In this document: positions 10,041-19,087 of the stretch, in pieces
Position numbering within the stretch: the first letter of the stretch is position 1
How the letters are laid out: each line of letters begins with the position of its first letter
Assembly (NCBI GenBank): GCA_026461395.1
Contig: JAPJNA010000061.1
Span: 3,787-67,786 of the forward strand
From: Chthoniobacterales bacterium
GTDB taxonomy: Bacteria; Verrucomicrobiota; Verrucomicrobiia; Chthoniobacterales; UBA6821
Direction: 5' to 3'
DNA length: 64,000 nt
Notes under the pieces: model-generated
The model's input: only the letters and a program-made list of their open reading frames with translations
What the model was told of the DNA's origin: nothing
The model's database searches: none
Made by a program: the position numbers and the translations under genes

Positions 10041-10825
10041 AAAAATCGGTGGAGAAACCGGCGTGTACGCTCGTCCTTGGGGTTGGTGAAGATCTCGTCC
10101 TCATCGGAGATCTCCACGATCTCACCGGCTTCCATGAAGATGATGTAGTCGGAGGCATCCCGCGCATAGCGGATCTCGTGGGTCACCACGATCTGTGTCA
10201 TCCCCTCGGCATCGAGAGTCTTCATGACGGCGAGCACCTCGTCGACAAGCATCGGATCAAGTGCTGATGTCGGCTCATCATAGAGCATCACCTTGGGATT
10301 CATCGCCAGGGCACGCGCGATGGCAGCACGCTGCTGCTGGCCGCCGGAAAGCTGAGCAGGAAAGCGCTTCGCAAAGCCGGCTAGCCCAACCTTATCAAGC
10401 TGGCGGAGGGCATTCTCCTCGGCTACTTCACGAGGCTCCTCCTTAACCACCAAAGGGGCCAGCATCACGTTTTCCAGAATGGTCTTGTTGGGAAAAAGAT
10501 TGAACTGCTGGAAGACCATACCGACGCGTTGCCGGAGCTCATGGGCCAGATCGTGAAATCTCGGATCGACCCGTTTCTCCCCCTCGGAACGGCGCAAGGT
10601 CACCCCTGCCATGGAAATCGTTCCGGAGTCCATTGTCTCAAGGGCATTGAGACAGCGGAGCAGCGTCGATTTACCACATCCGCTGGGACCAATGATGGAT
10701 ACGAGATCCCCCTCTTCCATGTCGAAGCCGACCCCCTTCAAGATCTGGACATCGCCGAAACTCTTGCGGAGATCACTGACATGGACAATCGATTCTTCAG
10801 ACATGAAAAGTGATAATGCGGTCAA
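10037..10825 (-). CDS. Polar amino-acid ABC transporter ATP-binding protein (GlnQ/HisP-like)
   Basis: Walker A GPSGCGKST, signature LSGGQQQRAAIARAL, Walker B MLYDEPTSALD. An alternative start is ATG 10804. Confidence 0.9.
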   Translation of the reverse strand: MTALSLFMSEESIVHVSDLRKSFGDVQILKGVGFDMEEGDLVSIIGPSGCGKSTLLRCLNALETMDSGTISMAGVTLRRSEGEKRVDPRFHDLAHELRQRVGMVFQQFNLFPNKTILENVMLAPLVVKEEPREVAEENALRQLDKVGLAGFAKRFPAQLSGGQQQRAAIARALAMNPKVMLYDEPTSALDPMLVDEVLAVMKTLDAEGMTQIVVTHEIRYARDASDYIIFMEAGEIVEISDEDEIFTNPKDERTRRFLHRFL

Positions 10826-10886
10826 ACCGACACCGAAATCCAGAACAAGCTAGGAGAAAGCGGGTTACGGTTTTGTCACTGAAGCG

Positions 10887-11399
10887 TCAGTGTTCCCCAA
10901 GAATGATGACAAAAACACCGGCCAAGATAAGTAGTCCGCCGATCATCGTGGAGAGGTTTAACTGGCACAGCCGGAAGAAAACCCAGGTGAAGAGCACCAC
11001 GAAGAACGGGTATGAGATCTCGATCAGTGAAGCCAGTGTTGGATTCTTTGCCGACATCGCGGCGTAGGTGAGATACGCACCGAGCGCCCCGATGGCGATA
11101 GAGAAGATAAACCATCCCATGTCAGCGCGCCCAAGGTCTACACGCTTCCAAATATTGGGAAGAGCGCCGGAGATAAGCAGAGAGACCGAGGCCCCAAGCG
11201 TACAGAAGAGCGAGTAACCGAAAAAAAAGAGCAGTGGACTAAAGCCTTTTTTCAGGATTTCTGAACTGGCGGCATAACTCATGCCCCAGCAGACAGAGGC
11301 GGCAATAGCATAGACGATCCACATTGTGAGAAAAGGTGAGAAAGAAAGAATGAAAACGATGGCACCGATTATTCGTTTTCTCAATCGGGAACTCAGCAA
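10887..11399 (-). CDS. Small DMT/EamA-like membrane protein
   Basis: About 5 hydrophobic helices with a single EamA-like pattern (AASVCWGMSY..., LLILAGVFVIILG). Start uncertain (alternative ATG 11324). Confidence 0.5.
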   Translation of the reverse strand: MLSSRLRKRIIGAIVFILSFSPFLTMWIVYAIAASVCWGMSYAASSEILKKGFSPLLFFFGYSLFCTLGASVSLLISGALPNIWKRVDLGRADMGWFIFSIAIGALGAYLTYAAMSAKNPTLASLIEISYPFFVVLFTWVFFRLCQLNLSTMIGGLLILAGVFVIILGEH

Positions 11400-11449
11400 G
11401 TTAGCTCTACCACTTGCCTTTTGAAGACGAACAGGACAACGCTAACACC

Positions 11450-11953
11450 ATGGGTGTTGAAATCGAGCGCAAGTTCCTTATTCGTGAGGGTTTTGAGAGT
11501 CAGTGGAAGGGCGATGTAAACGGCATACCCTACGTGCAGGGATACCTCTGCAGGGAAAGGGGACGCACCGTGCGTGTCCGGATTGCAGGTCCGAAAGCCT
11601 ACATAACCATCAAGGGGGAGGTTAAGGGGATTTCCCGTTCGGAATTCGAATATGCGATTCCGCTCGAGGATGCACACGCAATGTTACTTCTATGCGATGG
11701 CCCGCTGATCGAGAAAACACGTCATCTGATTCCGCACGAGGGTCATGTCTGGGAGGTCGATGGCTTCCATGGCAAGAACGAGGGACTGATCATTGCGGAA
11801 ATTGAACTTACTAAAGAGACTCAGGATGTTCCGATACCCGAATGGGTGGGCAAGGAAGTGACCGGTGATCGCCGCTATTATAACTCATGTCTGGCCGTTC
11901 ATCCTCTCGGGGTATGGCAGGAAGAAAAAACCTTATCTCGTGGTGTCTTATAA
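11450..11953 (+). CDS. CYTH-domain protein (triphosphate tunnel metalloenzyme family)
   Basis: Start at MGVEIERKFLI, carrying the CYTH ExExK signature; later RVRIAG, AEIEL. Followed 3 nt later by a CHAD gene. Confidence 0.8.
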   Translation: MGVEIERKFLIREGFESQWKGDVNGIPYVQGYLCRERGRTVRVRIAGPKAYITIKGEVKGISRSEFEYAIPLEDAHAMLLLCDGPLIEKTRHLIPHEGHVWEVDGFHGKNEGLIIAEIELTKETQDVPIPEWVGKEVTGDRRYYNSCLAVHPLGVWQEEKTLSRGVL

Positions 11954-11956
11954 ACG

Positions 11957-12871
11957 ATGAGCACGCGGAAAAAACCACTTTCTGGACTGGGCCGCAAAGC
12001 ATCGATAGCAGAGAAAAAACCACGCCTTCATCTCAGGCGCAATAAACCGATCGGAGAGGAACTCCAGATGCTCGCTCGTCTTCACCTCGAAGCGGCACTC
12101 GCCCAACTCACCGGTAACAATGTCTCCCCCGAGCCGGTGCATGAGGCTCGAAAAGCAATCAAAAAGGTCAGGGCCGTCATCCAACTCGCTTCCCCTGCAC
12201 TGGGGAGCGCCCACCGAAAACTGGTCTCTGAACAGCTTCATGATGCCATGATGAGGCTCGGGCCACTCAGGGATGCAGAGGTACAGGTCCAAACTCTGGA
12301 TCTCCTAGTGGAAACAGTAGGTTTGATGCCGGAAGATTTCTCCTCAGTCAGAGCGGGGCTTGCCGATATTGCCAAGCAGCGACGCGCAAACGATATCCGT
12401 CAGATCCCGAGGGTGCGCGAATCCCTGGAGGAGGCCCTCCGATCCGTGAACAAATGGCTTCTCGACCCGTTGCAGGGAAAAGACGTGAGTCGCCGTATCC
12501 GCCGCAGCTACCGAAGGGGACGATCCCTGCTTGACCTCTGTCAGGTCCATAACGATCCGGAAACTTTCCATTCCCTTCGCAAAACAGTGAAACAGCTCTG
12601 GTACTCAATCCGTATCACCTCCGAGTTCTGGCCCGCACAAGGTGCCGATCTTACCCATGAACTCGGTCTCATCGGCGAACTCGCCGGCAAGGAAAGGGAT
12701 TTCACACTGCTCTCGATAACCCTCCGGCAAGGCCCGGCAAACAAGGCTGCTCATCATTTAATCGCGATGCTAGACGAGGAGCTTCCCAAATTGAGAAGGG
12801 CCACCCTGACTGCCGCTCTTTCTTTCTACGAACAGAAGCCCAAGGCCTTTGTTGAATTCCTGGATCTCTGA
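11957..12871 (+). CDS. CHAD-domain protein (polyphosphate-granule-associated helical domain)
   Basis: All-helical, with repeated His/Arg/Lys-rich helices (VHEARKAIKKVRAVIQL, FHSLRKTVKQLWYSIRI); sits directly after the CYTH gene. Confidence 0.7.
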   Translation: MSTRKKPLSGLGRKASIAEKKPRLHLRRNKPIGEELQMLARLHLEAALAQLTGNNVSPEPVHEARKAIKKVRAVIQLASPALGSAHRKLVSEQLHDAMMRLGPLRDAEVQVQTLDLLVETVGLMPEDFSSVRAGLADIAKQRRANDIRQIPRVRESLEEALRSVNKWLLDPLQGKDVSRRIRRSYRRGRSLLDLCQVHNDPETFHSLRKTVKQLWYSIRITSEFWPAQGADLTHELGLIGELAGKERDFTLLSITLRQGPANKAAHHLIAMLDEELPKLRRATLTAALSFYEQKPKAFVEFLDL

Positions 12872-12896
12872 GCAACACCGCTGTTATTTTTCAACC

Positions 12897-13577
12897 ATGC
12901 CACCAGTAAATCTCCCCATGCCACTCCACGAAGTACATGCCCTTCTACAGCAGACATTCGAGCAGGCCGTCGCCATCATCCGACCCAACTTTCACATGGG
13001 GCTCGATCTCTTCCTGGCTTCTATTCCATTGGTGATCGCACTCCTGATCTTTCGAAAAAAAAACATTATCCCGGGGATTCTCTGGTGGCCACTACTAGTC
13101 ATCATGGTCCTCTTCCTGCCCAATGCCCCCTATGTCCTCACGGATGTCATTCACTTCGTCGCCAAGGTCCGTGTCACTCCACCGCTGCCGATCTGGGCAA
13201 TGAGTCTGCTTCTGGTAGAATATTTTTTCTATTTTCTAATCGGGATGCAGTGCTTTGTGATCCCGCTGATGCTCTGGGGCAGGACGCTTCGACGGCGTCA
13301 CTGGGGATGGCTTACCTTACCTCTTGAGATCCTGATGATATCGCTCAGTGCCTTTGGAATCTACTTGGGACGCATCGACAGACTTAATAGCTGGGATGTG
13401 GTCACCAATCCCGAACATCTGATGGTTCAGGCTCTCCGTGACGCCACGAATCCGAAACCGGAAGAGATGACCCTGTTGTTTTTTCTGGCAGTTTTCGTCG
13501 TCTACTACCTGATCAAGACCGTCAATGTGCTCATCGCAAGACTACTCGCACGAGATATAGCCCCTTTGGCTTCTTAA
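12897..13577 (+). CDS. DUF1361-like integral membrane protein
   Basis: Start trimmed to ATG 12897 (MPPVNLP...). Multi-TM with NAPYVLTDVIHF and a GRIDRLNSWD motif remembered from DUF1361. Confidence 0.55.
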   Translation: MPPVNLPMPLHEVHALLQQTFEQAVAIIRPNFHMGLDLFLASIPLVIALLIFRKKNIIPGILWWPLLVIMVLFLPNAPYVLTDVIHFVAKVRVTPPLPIWAMSLLLVEYFFYFLIGMQCFVIPLMLWGRTLRRRHWGWLTLPLEILMISLSAFGIYLGRIDRLNSWDVVTNPEHLMVQALRDATNPKPEEMTLLFFLAVFVVYYLIKTVNVLIARLLARDIAPLAS

Positions 13578-14350
13578 CGCAGTTTCCAGAACATCGCCAC
13601 CGTGATGATCAGGCCGATCGCCGTGATGAGGTAACGCACTTTCTCTTGAGAAAGGCGCTGGGAATAGGTGGCTCCAATGTAGTATCCGGCGACAGCACCC
13701 ACGGTCATCACGGCCATACATGGCCAGTCGATAAGCCCATTCACCGTAAACCAAATTGCGGCGACAAGATTGATGAGGGAACCGAGGACATTCTTCAGCG
13801 CATTCATCTGATGAATGTGGGAAAAACCGAGAAAGCCGAGTGTCGCCAACATCAGAATCCCAATCCCCGCCCCGAAGTATCCTCCATAGACTGAGACCAG
13901 AAGCTGGAAGGTCATGGCAATAATCAGATGTCTTCTTCCCGAAGGAAGGGGAGTACCCAGGACGGCATGATGCGCGACCCGGCGTCTCACCACCCCTTGG
14001 ATCATAAAGAGCACAGTCGCGAAGAGCACCAGATAGGGAACCAACCGGGCAAAGGAGCTTTCGCTTCCATGAGTCAGCAGGAAACTGCCGAGGAAGCCGC
14101 CGGCAAGGCTCACCGGGATAAAGGAGGCAAGCCATGGTCTGATCTCAGAAATGTGCTTCCTGAAACCGTAGATGCTGCCTGATGTGCCGATCACGAGCGA
14201 GAGGGCGCTCGTGGCGTTTGCCTCCACGGGATTCATGCCAAAGAGGATCAGAACGGGGAAAGTTATGAGGGTGCCTCCTCCGGCAACAGCGTTGATCACT
14301 CCCGCAACGCAGGCAGCAGCCAGTAGGGAAATCATTTCGATCCAAGGCAT
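13574..14350 (-). CDS. TauE/SafE (TSUP) family anion exporter-like membrane protein
   Basis: About 8 TM helices in two halves, GVINAVAGGGTLITFP and YGGYFGAGIGILM motifs. Confidence 0.75.
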   Translation of the reverse strand: MPWIEMISLLAAACVAGVINAVAGGGTLITFPVLILFGMNPVEANATSALSLVIGTSGSIYGFRKHISEIRPWLASFIPVSLAGGFLGSFLLTHGSESSFARLVPYLVLFATVLFMIQGVVRRRVAHHAVLGTPLPSGRRHLIIAMTFQLLVSVYGGYFGAGIGILMLATLGFLGFSHIHQMNALKNVLGSLINLVAAIWFTVNGLIDWPCMAVMTVGAVAGYYIGATYSQRLSQEKVRYLITAIGLIITVAMFWKLR

Positions 14351-14491
14351 CAGCCGAGAATGGCAGAAAACCCACAGAGATGGCGATCCGATATCCGAGC
14401 CGTCAATGAGTTGAGAAATCTTCTTTTACTCGAACTCATCGAAGAGGATAACCTCTAAGGTCATCGTTTTCGCTCTCTCTATCATTCCATC

Positions 14492-16468
14492 ATGCTGACA
14501 GCTTCCGGTCTTTCTAAATCCTATGGCGGACGAGCCCTCTTCGAGGAGGCCTCATTGCAGATTAACCGTGGAGACCGAGTGGGACTCATCGGTGCCAATG
14601 GAGCGGGCAAATCGACGCTTTTCTCGCTGATTCTCAAAGAGGCCGCCCCGGACTCCGGAACCGTAGCCTTGGAGAGAAGCGTGACGGTTGGCTTCCTTCC
14701 CCAGGAGAGCGCCCCATCGGGTGATGAGACCGTCCTGGAACTTGCCACCAATATTTCCACCGACATGGAAGAGGCCCAGCGACAGATGAGGGAACATAGC
14801 GAGGAGGATCCCCTTCACCATGAGGGAGCAGGACGTTTCGTTGAACTCGACGGCCACTCACTGCAGGTCAAGGCAAAGCGGATCCTGAGCGGTCTCGCCT
14901 TCCGCGAAGGGGATGTCAACAAGCCGGCACGCACACTCAGTGGCGGCTGGATCATGCGCGCCCATCTGGCCCGCCTTCTGGTGATGGAGCCTGATATCCT
15001 GATGCTTGATGAGCCGACAAACCACCTCGATCTTGAGTCGCTCGGCTGGTTCCAGAGCTATCTCTCGAAATATTCCGGCGCGATTCTGGCCATCTCACAC
15101 GACCGAGAGTTTCTGAATGAGATCTGCGTAGGTATCCTCGAAATCCGCAATCGCAAGCTGAACCGCTACCGGGGGAACTACGACGACTATCTGGCCCAGA
15201 AGGCCGCTCGTGAGGAGCAGCACTTGGCCGCCTATAAGAACCAGCAGCGTGAGATCGCGGAACTCCAGCGCTTCATCGACCGCTTCCGGGCGAAGGCAAG
15301 CAAGGCCTCCCAGGCTCAAGACCGAATCAAGCAGCTAGCGCGTATGGAAAAAATCGAGGCTCCAGAGCGCGACGATGCGACGGTCTCCTTCTCTTTCCCC
15401 CAGCCAAAGCGAAGCGGCCAGCGAGTGATCACTCTGGAAGGTGTCAAACAGGCCTACGGTTCTCATGTTGTCTACTCCCACCTCGACCTGGAAGTGGAGA
15501 AGGGTCAGCGGAGCGTCCTTGTGGGACCAAACGGTGCCGGTAAATCCACCATGCTCAAGATCCTGGCGGGAATGCTCGACCTGGAAGCCGGAACAGTGAC
15601 TCCCGGCCATAATCTCTCGATCGGCTACTTCGCCCAGCACCGCACTGAGATGCTGGATGTGAAGAGAACCGTCCTTGCCGAGGCCATGGAGACCCAGACT
15701 CCGGTTCCGGAACAGACAGTTCGTACCATTCTGGGATCCTTCCTGTTCCGTGGGGATGATGTCTTCAAGCCGGTAGGAGTGCTCAGCGGCGGAGAAAAGA
15801 GCCGTCTGGCGTTGGTGAAGCTGCTGCTTAACCCGCCCAACCTTCTACTCCTGGACGAACCGACGACCCACCTCGACATGCCTAGCATCGATGCCCTGAT
15901 CGGTGCCCTGAGCCAGTACGAGGGAACACTCCTCTTTGTCAGCCACGACGTGCACTTCATCAGGGCCCTGGCTACCACGGTCCTGCATATCAGCGCGGGC
16001 AAGCTCACCTCCTATTCGGGTGATTATCAGTACTACCTCGAAAAATCAGGAGCTCTCTCCGAGCGAGCGGCACTTGTCGCCCCAGGGGATTACCGTCCGG
16101 AGACTTCCGGAACTCAGGATGCTGCACCACGCGTGAAGATGGGACTCAAGGAGATCAAGGAACAGCGTCGTGCCGAAGCCGAGGCTAGAAAAGCGGCCAA
16201 TAAAATCATCCGCGAGAAGCAGGCACTCCTCAAAGCCGCCGAAGAGAATATCACCAAATTGGAAGCCCGGCAGCGTGAACTGGTCTTGGAACTAGAAAAC
16301 TCTGGAGGTAAAGCCTTCGAACTCAACCGCGAACTGGCCGGGCTTCAGGAACGCCTCAGCTCGGTGATGGAGGAGTGGGAGACACTCTCAGCTTCACTTC
16401 CTGCTGCAGAAGAGGAAAAAGAGGAGTCGGCCGAATCCTTAATCTCATCTTCAATCTCCAATCTCTAA
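14492..16468 (+). CDS. ABC-F family ATPase (two NBDs, no TM domain; translation-factor type)
   Basis: Two Walker A (GANGAGKST, GPNGAGKST), two signatures (LSGGWIMR, LSGGEKSR), two Walker B (LMLDEPTNHLD, LLLDEPTTHLD). It also has an inter-domain linker and a C-terminal coiled coil. Confidence 0.9.
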   Translation: MLTASGLSKSYGGRALFEEASLQINRGDRVGLIGANGAGKSTLFSLILKEAAPDSGTVALERSVTVGFLPQESAPSGDETVLELATNISTDMEEAQRQMREHSEEDPLHHEGAGRFVELDGHSLQVKAKRILSGLAFREGDVNKPARTLSGGWIMRAHLARLLVMEPDILMLDEPTNHLDLESLGWFQSYLSKYSGAILAISHDREFLNEICVGILEIRNRKLNRYRGNYDDYLAQKAAREEQHLAAYKNQQREIAELQRFIDRFRAKASKASQAQDRIKQLARMEKIEAPERDDATVSFSFPQPKRSGQRVITLEGVKQAYGSHVVYSHLDLEVEKGQRSVLVGPNGAGKSTMLKILAGMLDLEAGTVTPGHNLSIGYFAQHRTEMLDVKRTVLAEAMETQTPVPEQTVRTILGSFLFRGDDVFKPVGVLSGGEKSRLALVKLLLNPPNLLLLDEPTTHLDMPSIDALIGALSQYEGTLLFVSHDVHFIRALATTVLHISAGKLTSYSGDYQYYLEKSGALSERAALVAPGDYRPETSGTQDAAPRVKMGLKEIKEQRRAEAEARKAANKIIREKQALLKAAEENITKLEARQRELVLELENSGGKAFELNRELAGLQERLSSVMEEWETLSASLPAAEEEKEESAESLISSSISNL

Positions 16469-16471
16469 GTC

Positions 16472-16831
16472 ATGATTAACCGATACCTCCAAGCACGTAT
16501 CCGGAGCTTCGGCTATGCATTCAAAGGTCTTAGGGTTCTCTTGCTAACCCAGCCCCACGCCCAGCTTCACGCTCTGGCTACCGTGGCCGTGCTGATTGCG
16601 GGTAAGATTCTCCACCTTCGTCGATGGGAATGGGTGGCCATCCTACTCTGCATCGGCATGGTCTGGATGGCGGAAGCTCTCAATACGGCATTGGAGTTTC
16701 TGGCCGATGAGATTTCACTCGAGAAGAGGGAGCGGATCGGTAAGGCCAAGGATGTCGCTGCTGGCGGCGTGCTGATCACCGCCCTGATTTCCGTGGCCGT
16801 CGCCGTGCTTGTCTTTAGGAATCATATTTAA
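16472..16831 (+). CDS. dgkA: Diacylglycerol / undecaprenol kinase DgkA
   Basis: 119 aa, 3 TM. SFGYAFKGL, EALNTALEFLADE, GKAKDVAAGGVLI. Confidence 0.85.
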   Translation: MINRYLQARIRSFGYAFKGLRVLLLTQPHAQLHALATVAVLIAGKILHLRRWEWVAILLCIGMVWMAEALNTALEFLADEISLEKRERIGKAKDVAAGGVLITALISVAVAVLVFRNHI

Positions 16832-16868
16832 CCGCCTCTTATCTTCTCTCAGGGAGGGAGCTTTCCGA

Positions 16869-16897
16869 TTGACCATTACGGGGTGCTTCATCAATCT
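16869..16897 (+). promoter_or_regulatory. Candidate sigma70-type promoter for tRNA-Ser (and probably thrB-lpxK)
   Basis: TTGACC at 16869-16874, a 17-nt spacer, then a poor -10 CAATCT at 16892-16897, about 14 nt before the tRNA 5' end. Sequence match only. Confidence 0.3.
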
Positions 16898-16910
16898 ACA
16901 GAGCGACCAA

Positions 16911-17001
16911 GGTGAGGTGGCTGAGTGGTCGAAAGCAGCGCTTTGCTAAAGCGCCGTACTCCAAAAGGGTACCGAGGGTTCGAATCCCTCCCTCACCGCC
17001 A
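16911..17001 (+). tRNA. tRNA-Ser (anticodon GCU), CCA encoded
   Basis: Acceptor GGTGAGG/CCTCACC, anticodon stem GCGCT/AGCGC with loop TTGCTAA. Long variable arm GTACTCC-AAAA-GGGTAC, T arm GAGGG-TTCGAAT-CCCTC, discriminator G, CCA at 16999-17001. Confidence 0.92.
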
Positions 17002-17012
17002 TTACCGAAAGG

Positions 17013-17873
17013 ATGAAACTCACAACTTCCGTCACGGTCTCCATCCCGGGCACTACGGCGAATCTGGGACCGGGATTCGATTCGTTTGGATTGGCTCTGG
17101 ATGTGGCAAATCTCGTCACGATCACTGCTGAGCAAAAAATGCCTGCTTCACCCGCGATGGTGGAGACCACGGGAAAAAGCTTTTTCTTGGGGAGCGGACT
17201 CACACCCTTTCCATTTTCCTGGAAAATCAAGGGGAGCGTCCCCCAGGCGCGAGGTCTGGGAAGTAGCGTCACTGTCCGTCTCGGCACCCTCATGGGACTC
17301 AATGCCCTTTGCGGCAATCCTCTCTCACGCCTCGGCATCTATCGCCTCTGTGCGGAACTGGAGGGACACCCTGACAATGCGGCTCCTGCTATGTTTGGAG
17401 GGTTCACGATAGCCCGCTCTCATCTCGATCCCATCCGTCTGCAAGTCTCGGCAAAACTCCGCTTTGTTCTTCTCATCCCGGACTTTGAGGTAGCCACTCC
17501 CGACGCGCGCAAGGTCATGCCCAAGTCGATTAGCATCGGCGATGCGGCAGCCAATGCGGCGGATGCAGCCGTAATCGCGACGGCCTTCGCTACCGGAAAA
17601 TACGAACTGCTACGGGGAGCCTTCGGCGACCGTCTTCACCAACCCTATCGCGCCAAGCTCGTACCCTTCCTCGGAGAGGTCGTTACAGCGGGTGAGTTGG
17701 CAGGGGCCATTGGAGGATGGCTTAGCGGATCAGGTTCGACCATCTGCTGCCTTGCCCCTGATTCCGTTTCTGCCAAAAAAATCGCTGCGTCGATGCGCAC
17801 TGCTGCCCCGAAGGGTGCTAAGATAGCCATAGTCGCCGCCGACAACAAAGGGGCCAGGATCGTCAAATCCTGA
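17013..17873 (+). CDS. thrB: Homoserine kinase
   Basis: VSIPGTTANLGPGFDSFGLAL and GHMP motif PQARGLGSSVTV. The start lies 11 nt after the tRNA. Confidence 0.9.
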   Translation: MKLTTSVTVSIPGTTANLGPGFDSFGLALDVANLVTITAEQKMPASPAMVETTGKSFFLGSGLTPFPFSWKIKGSVPQARGLGSSVTVRLGTLMGLNALCGNPLSRLGIYRLCAELEGHPDNAAPAMFGGFTIARSHLDPIRLQVSAKLRFVLLIPDFEVATPDARKVMPKSISIGDAAANAADAAVIATAFATGKYELLRGAFGDRLHQPYRAKLVPFLGEVVTAGELAGAIGGWLSGSGSTICCLAPDSVSAKKIAASMRTAAPKGAKIAIVAADNKGARIVKS

Positions 17874-19087
17874 TGAGGCAGCTACTCGACAGACTCGAGC
17901 AGTTTGCTGTCGATGTCATCTTGGAGAGGAGGGCCGGTAAAAGAGCAGGCCTACTCCGAATCGTGCTTCGAGGGCTTTCCTTCCTCTATCTCGCCATTGT
18001 CTCCGTCAGAATCCGACTCTACACCTCCAACATACTGAGACCGCACCAGGTCGGATGCCCCGTGGTAAGCATTGGTAATCTTACGGTTGGCGGTACTGGA
18101 AAGACCCCGGTTGTTGAAAAACTCGCCCAAGAGCTCTCTATGCGCGGAAGGAAGGTTGCCATTCTCAGCAGAGGATACAAAAGCACGCGCCGACGGATTC
18201 CTGGGAACGACCCCTCTCCCGTGCGTGTCGTCTCCGAAGGTGGGGCTCTTCTACTGGATTCCAAGAATGCAGGTGACGAGCCCTTCATGTTGGCAAAGAA
18301 CCTTCGAGGGGTCGCGGTGGTGGTTGATAAAGACCGTGTCGAATGCGGACGCCATGCCATCTCTCAATTAGGAAGCGACCTACTGATCCTCGATGACGGA
18401 CTCCAGTACCTTCGCCTGCAACGCCGCTTCGATCTTGTCCTGATCGACCGGGAGGCCCCCTTCGGCAATGAGTATCTTCTTCCCCGAGGCACATTGCGCG
18501 AACCACCCTCTCACCTGAGACGGGCCACCCATATCCTGATCACCAAATGCGATGGTAGTGATCTCTCGGAAATCTACCGCCGCATCAGGCTCCATAACAG
18601 AACGGCCGCCATCATCGAATGTCGGCATCGTCCGGTAGAACTTCAGGATTTCTCGACCGGCAAGAAAATCCCCGTCTCCTCTCTCCAGGGTCTCAAGGCC
18701 GCCGCTCTCTCCGCCATTGCATCACCGGAAAGCTTCGAGCAGGGACTTCGCCGGCTCGGCGTCTCACTGGAACTGACCCAGAGCTTTGCTGACCATCATC
18801 GCTATTCGAAACGAGAACTCGACCGCTTCATCAAACGCTGCACGCGACGCGGTATCTCATGCATCATCACCACGGAGAAGGATGCTGTGCGGATGCCCCA
18901 CCTGCTAAATCAGGAAATTCCGATCCATTACCTGAGAATCGAGATTGAAATCATCAAGGGCCAGGAGCATTGGGATCGGATGCTCAACCAACTCCTCCAC
19001 CCGCCTCATCCGATCATCGAGGATTCCGAAACAAACGGAGAGGAACTCCGTCAGGCGGCCGAAGGCCTGGTGAGCGCGGCTTCCTGA
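17873..19087 (+). CDS. lpxK: Tetraacyldisaccharide 4'-kinase LpxK (with a C-terminal extension)
   Basis: VVSIGNLTVGGTGKTPVV P-loop, ILSRGY, LILDDGLQ. The start overlaps the thrB stop (TGATG). Confidence 0.85.
   Translation: MRQLLDRLEQFAVDVILERRAGKRAGLLRIVLRGLSFLYLAIVSVRIRLYTSNILRPHQVGCPVVSIGNLTVGGTGKTPVVEKLAQELSMRGRKVAILSRGYKSTRRRIPGNDPSPVRVVSEGGALLLDSKNAGDEPFMLAKNLRGVAVVVDKDRVECGRHAISQLGSDLLILDDGLQYLRLQRRFDLVLIDREAPFGNEYLLPRGTLREPPSHLRRATHILITKCDGSDLSEIYRRIRLHNRTAAIIECRHRPVELQDFSTGKKIPVSSLQGLKAAALSAIASPESFEQGLRRLGVSLELTQSFADHHRYSKRELDRFIKRCTRRGISCIITTEKDAVRMPHLLNQEIPIHYLRIEIEIIKGQEHWDRMLNQLLHPPHPIIEDSETNGEELRQAAEGLVSAAS

Noticed and set aside
19051-19087. A 37-bp convergent 3'-end overlap of lpxK and cfa.
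   Set aside because: Both stop codons are unambiguous, and convergent overlaps of this size are common in compact genomes. There is no evidence of a regulatory role.
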